Notes under the pieces: model-generated
The model's input: only the letters and a program-made list of their open reading frames with translations
Databases searched by the model: none
What the model was told of the DNA's origin: nothing
Translations under genes and position numbers: made by a program
Shown: in pieces, positions 15,972 through 24,592 of the stretch
Layout of the letters: each line of letters opens with the position of its first letter
Numbering within the stretch: position 1 is the stretch's first letter
Assembly (NCBI GenBank): GCA_049296095.1
Contig: JBAQRV010000001.1
Coordinates: forward strand, 540,001-572,000
Length of the DNA stretch: 32,000 nt
From: Candidatus Saccharimonadota bacterium
GTDB lineage: Bacteria; Patescibacteriota; Saccharimonadia; Saccharimonadales; Saccharimonadaceae
Reading direction: 5' to 3'

Positions 15972-17822
15972 ATGAAGAAGGAAGTTGCGATTGTTTTTGG
16001 CATTACCTCTGATTATGTTTTTGCGTTAGCAAATGTATTGATTGGTATGAAGCGTCATCACAAAAAACCGTTTTGGGATGACATTATCATTTATCATGAT
16101 GGTGTCTCTGAGTCTGATCAAGAAAAAATTAACACTATCTTGAAGTGTACTTTTATAAAATTCGATACGAATGAAATTGAAAAATATGGTATTAGCCAAG
16201 AGGCAATCAAGAACTACAGCTTGATGTCACTGACTCGATTGGTAATCTTCAATTTACTCAATGAATATCACAAGGTGATTTGGCACGATGTCGACATCCT
16301 TATTCAAAAAGACTTTAGTGGTCTGATGGACTATGCCGATAAGTCTGGACTCGCGATGACAATTACTGATGCTAATTTCTTGGTTGAGAGCAATTTCTAT
16401 AAACTGATTCCAGGTTATTCTATGTACACACCGCTTTATAACGCTGGAATCATGGTGATTTCAGATAAGCTAAAAAACTATAAAAAAGCAGCTCAGTGGT
16501 GCCTTGATAAAACAAAAGAACTTGCATCAGACCTTCGTTACATGGATCAAGGTATCCTTAACCTATTTGTGCAGGAATTTGACGTTGCTGTCGAAGAAAT
16601 TGATATCTTAAAATATTGCTGCCATCCAGAACGACCAAGTCACAGGGATGCTGCAATTATCCACGCCTACGGACACAAAAAGTTTTGGAATAACGATAGT
16701 GTTTCAAAGAAATTCCCGGAATGGCAACAAAATAACGAGGAATGGATCCGTATCAGTGCTAACGACTACAAGTTGGCATCTACTCAAGATAAGGTATCTA
16801 TCGTCATGTCGGTCTACGATAGGTCTGAATACTTAGAGGAGAGTGTGAATAGCCTCCTCAATCAAACCTACAATAATATCGAAATCATCATTGTTGTTGA
16901 ATATTCTGAGAGGCAACAACAACTAAATAAACAGATCGAAAAAATTGGTAGCGATAAAATAAAGATCATTAATAATCGTAAACGACTTGGTTTCGCCGCC
17001 TCTCTTAACGTTGCGCTGAAAAAGGCGACCGGTGTATATATTGCACGCATGGACGATGACGATATTTCTGAGCCAGAACGAATTGCGAAGCAGGTTGCAT
17101 ACCTGGAAGCGAACCCAGACATAGGTGTGGTAGGTTCATATGCTCAGTGCTTCGGTCGCTATACCGATAAGTGGCACGCAGTTCCTACTGACCCAGATCT
17201 CTCGAAAATACAACTTCTCTTCAAGACGGCACTGTATCATCCTACCGTCATGATGCGCGCTGAAATACTTCGCAAGCATGCCATTGAGTATGACCCAGAT
17301 TACTTCGCAGAGGATTATGAGCTTTGGAGCCGTATTATAAAGTACACAAAGATCGCCAACATACCTGAGTATCTGCTTCGGTATAGGACGTCTGGTCAAA
17401 ATGCGACAACAAACAATCCTCATAAGATTCACAACGCACAGATTTCTATTATGGAAAAGCAGTTCAAGCAATACTTGGGACTTAATCTTACTATTGATGA
17501 GCTTCAAGCAGTTAACGGACGAATCGATTATTCTGAATCAGTTTACAACCCCGCTGCATTTCTTGCATTAAGGCAGAAAGTTTACGAAAAGATCGTCAAG
17601 GCGAACGCCGAGAAGAACTTCTATGATCAAGCTAAGCTAAAACAACAACTAGAGGTTGCTCCAACGAGCGTCTTGAAGAGATATGTCAGACGCGGTGCTA
17701 AGAAAACACTACGACCAATTATTGATCGCTTTGACAGGTTTGTTCGATGGCGCTTAATCGAACTGGATGATCGATTAAGTAAGGCGGAAGCGGAAATACG
17801 ATCCCTTAAGGATGACACATAA
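15972..17822 (+). CDS. Bifunctional glycosyltransferase: GT8 (N-terminal) + GT2 (C-terminal) with a C-terminal coiled-coil tail
   Basis: GT8 features: WHDVDIL (DxD) and IIHAYGHKKFW (H-x2-G-x-K-x-W). GT2 domain from about 16791: VSIVMSVYDRSEYLEESVNSLLNQTY and ARMDDDDIS. Tail RWRLIELDDRLSKAEAEIRSLKDD. Start at ATG 15972, 2 nt after the preceding stop, rather than the track's 15936. Confidence 0.8.
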   Translation: MKKEVAIVFGITSDYVFALANVLIGMKRHHKKPFWDDIIIYHDGVSESDQEKINTILKCTFIKFDTNEIEKYGISQEAIKNYSLMSLTRLVIFNLLNEYHKVIWHDVDILIQKDFSGLMDYADKSGLAMTITDANFLVESNFYKLIPGYSMYTPLYNAGIMVISDKLKNYKKAAQWCLDKTKELASDLRYMDQGILNLFVQEFDVAVEEIDILKYCCHPERPSHRDAAIIHAYGHKKFWNNDSVSKKFPEWQQNNEEWIRISANDYKLASTQDKVSIVMSVYDRSEYLEESVNSLLNQTYNNIEIIIVVEYSERQQQLNKQIEKIGSDKIKIINNRKRLGFAASLNVALKKATGVYIARMDDDDISEPERIAKQVAYLEANPDIGVVGSYAQCFGRYTDKWHAVPTDPDLSKIQLLFKTALYHPTVMMRAEILRKHAIEYDPDYFAEDYELWSRIIKYTKIANIPEYLLRYRTSGQNATTNNPHKIHNAQISIMEKQFKQYLGLNLTIDELQAVNGRIDYSESVYNPAAFLALRQKVYEKIVKANAEKNFYDQAKLKQQLEVAPTSVLKRYVRRGAKKTLRPIIDRFDRFVRWRLIELDDRLSKAEAEIRSLKDDT

Positions 17823-17826
17823 GGTC

Positions 17827-18711
17827 ATGAGAGTGCTTATCTTCGGTGCAGACGGATTTATAGGCCGACATGTGGTTGAGGAGCTTTCAAATATTAGCGA
17901 CCTCTACACAACGACACGACGCATAGAAAATGTAGACCAGAGAGTATTGTATGTTGATTTATCCAACGATCAGTCTGTTGGTGAAGCAATAAGGGTAAGC
18001 AATCCAGATGTCATCATAAATTGCGCCGGTGTTATTGGCAATAATGCCGATTTTCAAGATAACGTATTGTTTACTAAACATATCCTAGAGCAGGCATCGC
18101 ATTTAGAGCGAAAGCCTCGCATTATACTGTCTGGATCAGCAAGTAGTTATGGGTTTCTACGGAGCTTGAACGAACTGCCTGTTAGCGAGGACACTCCACT
18201 AAGGGCCGAAATTGGGTATGGTCTTTCGAAAAAACAGGAAGAAGAACTGGCGGTGAGTTATGCCGATACTGCGGTGGATGTTGTGGTGCTCAGAATCTTT
18301 AACCCTATCGGTGTTGGTATGGCTGAGAAGCTTTTGTTACCAAATATTGTAAAACAGTTGAGAGAAAGCGATATAATAGAAGTATCAAGGCTTGATGCGA
18401 AGCGCGACTATATAGACGTTCGTGATGTCGCTAAGGCTTTTGCAGCTGCTGCGAGAAAAAAGGCTCCACACAATGTTTACAATGTTGGCTCGGGTCGATC
18501 GGTTTCTACGAGAGAAATCATAGCAAAACTGGTTGAAGCGGCCGGTGTGACCAAACCATCTCAGCTTGTTGAGACCCAAGAACAGCCCGAGCGACTTGTC
18601 GCTAGTCAGGCTGACATACGCCGCATAAAGAATGAGCTTGAGTGGGAGCCTGAGATTACTATTGAGGAAACACTAAGGGATATACTTAATCATGAGTCAC
18701 CAAAAGTTTAA
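17827..18711 (+). CDS. NAD(P)-dependent sugar epimerase/reductase (extended SDR), candidate 4-keto reductase partner of the downstream dehydratase
   Basis: MRVLIFGADGFIGRHV Rossmann N-terminus and catalytic YGLSK. An alternative ATG at 17812 adds 5 aa and overlaps the upstream gene. Confidence 0.75.
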   Translation: MRVLIFGADGFIGRHVVEELSNISDLYTTTRRIENVDQRVLYVDLSNDQSVGEAIRVSNPDVIINCAGVIGNNADFQDNVLFTKHILEQASHLERKPRIILSGSASSYGFLRSLNELPVSEDTPLRAEIGYGLSKKQEEELAVSYADTAVDVVVLRIFNPIGVGMAEKLLLPNIVKQLRESDIIEVSRLDAKRDYIDVRDVAKAFAAAARKKAPHNVYNVGSGRSVSTREIIAKLVEAAGVTKPSQLVETQEQPERLVASQADIRRIKNELEWEPEITIEETLRDILNHESPKV

Positions 18712-20146
18712 GATAAACGTCATTATTGTCGGAGCCGGTACGGCCGGTAAATTATTGGCCCAAGATATAGCGAACCATGATGATAGCGGCTTTAATATCA
18801 TTGGCTTCGTTGATGACAGTAAAGCAAAGAAAGGCAAAGATATTTCAGGCTTCAAGGTATTGGGGACATTGAAAGACCTAAAAGATCTTATCAAGGAGCA
18901 TTCGGTCGAAGAGCTTATCATCGCTTTGCCCTCAGAGCGAGGTAGGGTTGTCAGGGATATCGTGGAGTCGACTATGGGTCTTAGGCTTGGTTATAAAATT
19001 CTGCCACGCTCATCAGAGGTTTTATTACAGGACTATGCCGACGGATACTTACAATATGTACGCGAAGTACAGGCGGAAGATCTTTTGGGTGGTGAAATAA
19101 ACAAGTCAGAGCAGGCCGAAATTAGCGATTTCGCAGAACACCAGACGGTTATGATTACCGGTGCGGCCGGGTCTATAGGTAGTGAACTTAGTCGACAGAT
19201 TGTCGCACACGGCGCTCAAAAAGTTATCTTATTCGATTGGTGGGAAAACGGTATCTTTGATCTTAGAAATCAGATCGTCAGCAATTATCCAGATGTTGAC
19301 GTGTCCTTTATTATCGGTGATGTGAAGGACTATAATAGGGTAAATGCGATTATGGAAAAATTCCAGCCGACAACTGTATTCCATGCCGCGGCATATAAGC
19401 ACGTTCCACTTATGGAGGAAAATGCATCAGAGGCTGTCAGAAATAATATATTTGGTACCAAAATAGTTGCTGAGGCGGCTGTGCGGCATGGAGTTCAGAA
19501 GTTTGTTCTCGTATCTACCGACAAGGCCGTAAATCCAACGAACATCATGGGCGCCACAAAGCGAGCGGCCGAGAAAATAGTTCATATTTTAGCCGCCTCC
19601 CAGAGCGCCACAACATTCTGTGCTGTTCGTTTCGGTAATGTTATAAACAGTAACGGCAGTGCTATTCCGTTTTTTGAAAAACAAATCGCGCAAGGTGGTC
19701 CTGTGACTCTGACACATCGTGATATCACTCGATTTTTCATGACGATACCAGAAGCGGTGCATCTTATACTTAAGGCGTGGATAATGGGAGAGAATGATGA
19801 CCTTTTCGTACTCGATATGGGAGAGTCGATAAAAATCTATGACTTAGTACGTTTGCTTATAGCCACTCACGGGTACACGCCAGATGAGGATATCGGTATT
19901 AAGATTATTGGCCTTCGACCTGGTGAGAAACTATACGAAGAGGTGCTCGTGAAGAGTGAAGAAGTCCAAGCTACGTCGGTAGACAGAGTGTTCCGCACAA
20001 AAAACTATATGAACTTTGATGTCGACAAGTTCCTAGAACGACTCTCTATTCTAGACGAACTTGTAAATAATGCTTACTCTGAGCCACTACCAATACACGA
20101 CCACATGCTCCAACTTATATCGACATTCAAACAGAATCAAAAATAG
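18692..20146 (+). CDS. Polysaccharide biosynthesis protein CapD/PglF/WbpM family (UDP-GlcNAc 4,6-dehydratase type), soluble form without N-terminal TM helices
   Basis: 484 aa. N-terminal Rossmann-like IIVGAGTAGKLLA, then VMITGAAGSIGSEL, AAYKHVPLME, STDKAVNPTNIMGATKR and VRFGNV, the diagnostic CapD/PglF motifs. Confidence 0.85.
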   Translation: MSHQKFKINVIIVGAGTAGKLLAQDIANHDDSGFNIIGFVDDSKAKKGKDISGFKVLGTLKDLKDLIKEHSVEELIIALPSERGRVVRDIVESTMGLRLGYKILPRSSEVLLQDYADGYLQYVREVQAEDLLGGEINKSEQAEISDFAEHQTVMITGAAGSIGSELSRQIVAHGAQKVILFDWWENGIFDLRNQIVSNYPDVDVSFIIGDVKDYNRVNAIMEKFQPTTVFHAAAYKHVPLMEENASEAVRNNIFGTKIVAEAAVRHGVQKFVLVSTDKAVNPTNIMGATKRAAEKIVHILAASQSATTFCAVRFGNVINSNGSAIPFFEKQIAQGGPVTLTHRDITRFFMTIPEAVHLILKAWIMGENDDLFVLDMGESIKIYDLVRLLIATHGYTPDEDIGIKIIGLRPGEKLYEEVLVKSEEVQATSVDRVFRTKNYMNFDVDKFLERLSILDELVNNAYSEPLPIHDHMLQLISTFKQNQK

Positions 20147-20153
20147 TTAAAAA

Positions 20154-22472
20154 CTAATTTGATATCACCGTCATATTTGCATCTCTGTTTACGCCAGTAT
20201 TAGCTGGGATAGTCAAAACTTGACTTCTCTCGGGTATCCACGATGCGATTGATAGGGTGTGTAAGCCGGTGACCTTCGTTGTCCATTGTTTGCTGTAGTT
20301 ATAGGTACTGTTAGCTGCAATAGTGATTCGAGCTGAATTGTCGATGCCAATATCTACGTTCTGGCCATTAGGTCCACGCACAATGACGAATGGATAGCCA
20401 ATGTCGGCCGACTGGTTTGAGTCATTACGGATTGAGAACGACGCCGTGTAAGCCTGTCCAACGATAGGCTGGCTTGGGCTCACTGATAAATTAGATACAA
20501 CGCGCAAACTTGGCTTGACGGTCATTGTCGCGTCTCGACTGACACCAGTATCAGCAGGTATAGCTAGCATCTGGTTTTTATCTGGCATCCAAGACAGTAT
20601 CGATAAAGTATGCACACCAACGATATTCGTCGTCCATGGCTTACTGTAATTATATGTACTGTTGGCCGGAATGATTACTCGAGTTGAATTGTCGATGCCA
20701 ACATCAAGGTTCTGTCCTTGCGGCCCACGAACAGTGACAAATGGATAACCAATATCAACTGACTGGTTTGAGTCATTACGGATTGCAAAGGTGGCAGTAT
20801 AGCCCTTACCTTGGATTGGCTGTTCTGGATCAACTGAAAGATTGGAAATGACACGAAGACTTGGTTTTGCTGTCATATTTGCTTCCCTGTTCACGCCAGC
20901 GCTGGCTGGGATGGTTAGCAACTGGGTACTCTCGGGAACCCAGGATGCTATGATCAGTCTGTGCAGCCCACTGACGTTCGTTGTCCATTGTTTGCTGTAG
21001 TTGTATGTGCTATTGGCAGGAATAGTAATTCGAGCAGAGGTATCTATACCGACATCGAGATTCTGACCATTAGGCCCACGCACGATAACAAATGGATAAC
21101 CAATATCAATGGAACGGTTGGAATCGTTACGAACTGAAAAGTTTGCTGTGTAAGCTTGTCCAACAGTCGGTTGGCCTGGGCTTACCGACAAGTTGGATAT
21201 CACGCGTAGACTTGGTTGTATGGTTTTGGTCATTGAGCGTACGGTCGATGGAGAATCAGCGATCGGTAAGCTAGTCGTGTATCCAACCCCAGTTTTGTTA
21301 AAGATAATATTGAACGTGTGCTGCCCAGCATAAGGGCTGCTCCACTGCTTACTAAAGGTGTAGGTACCACTAGCGGGCACGACAACATTTTTGTCAGATG
21401 TTATGTCGAGGTTCTGTCCTTGCGGCCCCCGTACGGTGATGAACGCCTCGCCCAAATCAATAGGAATATTTGAGGTGTTCGATATTGTGTAAGAGAAGGT
21501 CTGTGGCTTATCTGTGAATAGTTCACTGGAGTCAACTGAGAGGGCAGAAGTAAGCTTGAGAAGAGAATAGTTGAAAGGATCTTTTGTACTACCGAACCAG
21601 TCAGTGAATATTCGCCAGAAATTCCTATTTCCGTAGGCACTGCATCCATCACCCGTCCCATAAAGGTTATTGAGGGCGGCAGCGTTAGGTCGGTAAGGCG
21701 TGTATATGTATAAACCAGCCGTTGCTTGATTCTGTATATATACTTCACTCGTTCCACACGAATCGTTTGGACTCCATTTGATTATGTTTGTTCGACCCGC
21801 TCGGTAATTGTAGGAATTCGGGAATTTTTGGTAAATCTTGAATTGCCTCGCCGCATAATAGATCTGGTAAAATATTCCACTGTATTGCGGGTCGCAAGGT
21901 GCGGTGTCTGGACAGGCAAATCCAGTAGCGTGCTCTAACTGTCGATTGAGTGGCCATTTGTCAGTAACGAGGCTTTGCTCTTTTTCTAGCAAGATGAGTA
22001 ATACCTGGGGATTAATACCACAGGCTTTAGCGACGTCATTGATAATCTGAGCCGCGCTACGATTACTCCCTGCGGATAGAGAATTACAAAGACCACTCGC
22101 TGCTTCCATTTGCGGTGTGTTTTGTGTGTACATAGTGAGACATTTATATGGCGGCGCATGGAAACCAGTATCTTGGCTAAAACCGTTTGTACCATTGCGT
22201 TTGTGTTCAGCAAACTGCGCATGGGTCATACCTGGATATCCCCAATCTGAGGCAGGCTGCGTACCGTTATAGTCACAATTAGGATTCTTACTGTTTAGAA
22301 AGTTTTGGATTTGATCAGGGCTCATTGTACTTGAGTTGTAAAAGACCGAGTCATCTATAATATAGCCAGGGTTGAAATCAGCACCATTGGCCGCATAGGC
22401 ATTCGTAGGTAGTAAACAAGCAAGAATCGAGAGCGAGACGAGCGTAACGGCAAAAGTTAATATTTTTTTCAT
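20154..22472 (-). CDS. Secreted 772-aa surface protein: signal peptide + Cys-containing N-terminal domain of unknown function + four 117-aa Ig-like (CARDB-like?) repeats
   Basis: Signal peptide MKKILTFAVTLVSLSILACLLPTNAYA|A. N-terminal ~300 aa contain GINPQVLLILLEKEQSLVTD and FACPDTAPCDPQYSG. Repeats start at aa 303 (degenerate), 420, 537 and 654. Confidence 0.85.
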   Translation of the reverse strand: MKKILTFAVTLVSLSILACLLPTNAYAANGADFNPGYIIDDSVFYNSSTMSPDQIQNFLNSKNPNCDYNGTQPASDWGYPGMTHAQFAEHKRNGTNGFSQDTGFHAPPYKCLTMYTQNTPQMEAASGLCNSLSAGSNRSAAQIINDVAKACGINPQVLLILLEKEQSLVTDKWPLNRQLEHATGFACPDTAPCDPQYSGIFYQIYYAARQFKIYQKFPNSYNYRAGRTNIIKWSPNDSCGTSEVYIQNQATAGLYIYTPYRPNAAALNNLYGTGDGCSAYGNRNFWRIFTDWFGSTKDPFNYSLLKLTSALSVDSSELFTDKPQTFSYTISNTSNIPIDLGEAFITVRGPQGQNLDITSDKNVVVPASGTYTFSKQWSSPYAGQHTFNIIFNKTGVGYTTSLPIADSPSTVRSMTKTIQPSLRVISNLSVSPGQPTVGQAYTANFSVRNDSNRSIDIGYPFVIVRGPNGQNLDVGIDTSARITIPANSTYNYSKQWTTNVSGLHRLIIASWVPESTQLLTIPASAGVNREANMTAKPSLRVISNLSVDPEQPIQGKGYTATFAIRNDSNQSVDIGYPFVTVRGPQGQNLDVGIDNSTRVIIPANSTYNYSKPWTTNIVGVHTLSILSWMPDKNQMLAIPADTGVSRDATMTVKPSLRVVSNLSVSPSQPIVGQAYTASFSIRNDSNQSADIGYPFVIVRGPNGQNVDIGIDNSARITIAANSTYNYSKQWTTKVTGLHTLSIASWIPERSQVLTIPANTGVNRDANMTVISN
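20163..21566 (-). repeat. Intragenic tandem repeat, 4 x 351 bp (117 aa). The three distal copies (20163-21215) are well conserved and the first (21216-21566) is degenerate
   Basis: The period comes from the recurring PSLRV(I/V)SNLSV...IGYPFV(I/T)VRGP(N/Q)GQN(L/V)D...ANSTYNYSK(Q/P)WTT blocks at aa 420, 537 and 654. The copies are visibly diverged at the nucleotide level, judged by eye. Confidence 0.8.
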
Positions 22473-23026
22473 ATCTGAACCACCATTCCTGTTTTCGATC
22501 CCTGCTTACCTGGTGATGCGTATTCAATCGTTAGGCTCCACTGACCTTCAGGTAGTTTACTAAGGGGAATAGTGATAGGCTCGCATATAGTTGACCTTGC
22601 ATCGATGAATCCGGATGACTGAGCAGATACAGATGACGCACCATTGCTGAGTGTAGCCGTGCAGGTTCCATCACCTTCTATAACATCTGTTGTGAATATG
22701 TTAATTTCAATACTCTGACCGTCGTCACTCTTGCCTGCGTAGGCGAGATCAACACCTACCTTGTCTGTTGGTGTTGCCGTGCTGTTGTCATCTTGTTTTT
22801 TGCCATTTTGACTATTAGTAATTTCTTGCTCGGTGGGCGGATTATAGTTTATTCCGTCATCCGTAGTCGAATCATCCTGAGTCTGTTGAGCTGCCGCATT
22901 AAACGGCCAAGTATTCTTGGTAGTATAAGCATACGTAAAATAGCATAATGCAAGCACGAGGAGCACTAAGATAACTATTACTATGTATGTTTTTTTACGA
23001 TTTCTCTTTTTATTATTAGCCAACAT
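22469..23026 (-). CDS. Hypothetical N-terminally anchored extracytoplasmic protein (185 aa)
   Basis: Basic N-terminus plus one TM helix (YIVIVILVLLVLALCYFTYAY), an acidic/polar low-complexity linker, then a ~100-aa beta-rich domain with two Cys. A 4-nt overlap with the downstream 772-aa gene. Confidence 0.6.
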   Translation of the reverse strand: MLANNKKRNRKKTYIVIVILVLLVLALCYFTYAYTTKNTWPFNAAAQQTQDDSTTDDGINYNPPTEQEITNSQNGKKQDDNSTATPTDKVGVDLAYAGKSDDGQSIEINIFTTDVIEGDGTCTATLSNGASSVSAQSSGFIDARSTICEPITIPLSKLPEGQWSLTIEYASPGKQGSKTGMVVQI

Positions 23027-23126
23027 GGTTAATTCCTCTACTCCTATTTAACCATAAGAGGTCTACTGTTGCAATTTGCTGCCCACGCTTACTTCACGCA
23101 CTAAGCCAAGGAGCTGGGAGTGCCTA

Positions 23127-23135
23127 TGGTAAAAT
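23127..23135 (+). promoter_or_regulatory. Candidate extended -10 (TGgTAAAAT) 7 nt upstream of the DUF2142 gene ATG
   Basis: TGGTAAAAT at 23127-23135, ATG at 23143, and the intervening actgaca lacks an SD. Confidence 0.35.
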
Positions 23136-23142
23136 ACTGACA

Positions 23143-24591
23143 ATGAAGCCTAAGCGCAGAATAAACAAAAAAACTTTTCGCTGGGTTAGCGACATCTTTT
23201 CTTCACCCGTGAAGGCATTCATTCTTCTTGCTGGGATATTTGGCATGTTGATTGTATTTCTTGCTCCCCCGCTTACTGGAGCTGATGAAGAGGCGCATTT
23301 CGTACGGGCCTACGGTATATCACAGGGTGATTTTAGATTATACGATACGCGACAGGTAAGCGTACCGGAGAGTTTCCGTAAAACACTTGGCTGTTATCAA
23401 ACAAAGACCAGTGAGCCTGGTGTTATGTATGATTACGACTACTCGCAGTACGGGGTAAGTAAGAAACTGTCTCTCAGCTGTGCACTTGGCGTGCCTCTGG
23501 AAGGCGACAAGGCTGAATTAGTCTATACTTCCGCACAAAGCTATTCTCCAACAACTTATATACCGCAGGTTATCGCTATCTTTATTGGTCGGGTCTTTGA
23601 TGCACCCATTGTCGTAATGGTATATTTGGTAAGGTTACTAGTGCTCGCGGCATATATCTTCATGGTAGTTGTGGCCATTAGATTGTTGCCAATTCGCAAG
23701 TGGGCACTTGCGGGTATTGCCCTGCTGCCAACGCCTATGATTCTTCTGACAAATCCGGGTGGTGACTATATGTTGTTTGGCTCGATATCAATACTGGCAG
23801 CAGTCGTCATTCGTAGTATCTTTATACCAAGAAAACAGCTAGATCGAGAGAATAAAGTTTTGATGGCCATTCTCGCAATCGCGGCTATCATGATGGTATT
23901 GCCTAAGGGTATCTTTCCAGGCATATGCTTTCTGCCGCTTGTCGCTTTTTACGGCGGCCTAGGGTATCAAAAATTAAGGAAGATTTTTGTTGTAGCCAGC
24001 GCCCTTATTATAGGCCTTTTGTGGCAGAGGTTTGGTGTGAACGTCGATCTTATTACGATGGATAAAGGAATAAACTCACCCTTCGATTTTCCAATTGCTT
24101 TCTTGGAGACAATGTTCGTTCGTTGGGTTGACACTGATTTTGTGTATTTCGGTGATTATGTCAGCAACGCATCGCTTTCGGGTGAACATCTGGGGATGCC
24201 TGCACTTATTATTACAGTCATCAATATTCTTTTCGCAGTATATCTGTTCGTCGGATATCCAGAGAAGGCTAAGATCCAACTCCCTAAGAAGCAGGTACTG
24301 GCATTTATATATACAACGATCATATGCGTTATCGCAGTTATTATTGGAAGCTTCGGAGCATTGTTCGTTGGCGCTTCTTATCTTCAAACTGCAGGCACCG
24401 CTATTCGAGGCGTACAGACAAGATATCTATTTCCGGCATTCTTTGTTCTTGCGGTTACCCCATTTTTACGAAAAGTCTTCATTGAAGATGAAAAGTCTAT
24501 GGCAAGGATTGTCATAGTCGGATCTATCATATGCCTATCAGTACTTGTGGTGGTGAGCGCTATTGCCTATCGCTGGTGGAACCCATTCTAA
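23143..24591 (+). CDS. DUF2142-like polytopic membrane protein (GT-C-type glycosyltransferase candidate)
   Basis: 482 aa with more than 10 predicted TM helices. The first extracytoplasmic loop motif APPLTGADEEAHFVRAYGISQG matches my recollection of the DUF2142 signature (PP..xPDE..H..RAy.is.G). Confidence 0.65.
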   Translation: MKPKRRINKKTFRWVSDIFSSPVKAFILLAGIFGMLIVFLAPPLTGADEEAHFVRAYGISQGDFRLYDTRQVSVPESFRKTLGCYQTKTSEPGVMYDYDYSQYGVSKKLSLSCALGVPLEGDKAELVYTSAQSYSPTTYIPQVIAIFIGRVFDAPIVVMVYLVRLLVLAAYIFMVVVAIRLLPIRKWALAGIALLPTPMILLTNPGGDYMLFGSISILAAVVIRSIFIPRKQLDRENKVLMAILAIAAIMMVLPKGIFPGICFLPLVAFYGGLGYQKLRKIFVVASALIIGLLWQRFGVNVDLITMDKGINSPFDFPIAFLETMFVRWVDTDFVYFGDYVSNASLSGEHLGMPALIITVINILFAVYLFVGYPEKAKIQLPKKQVLAFIYTTIICVIAVIIGSFGALFVGASYLQTAGTAIRGVQTRYLFPAFFVLAVTPFLRKVFIEDEKSMARIVIVGSIICLSVLVVVSAIAYRWWNPF

Positions 24592-24592
24592 T

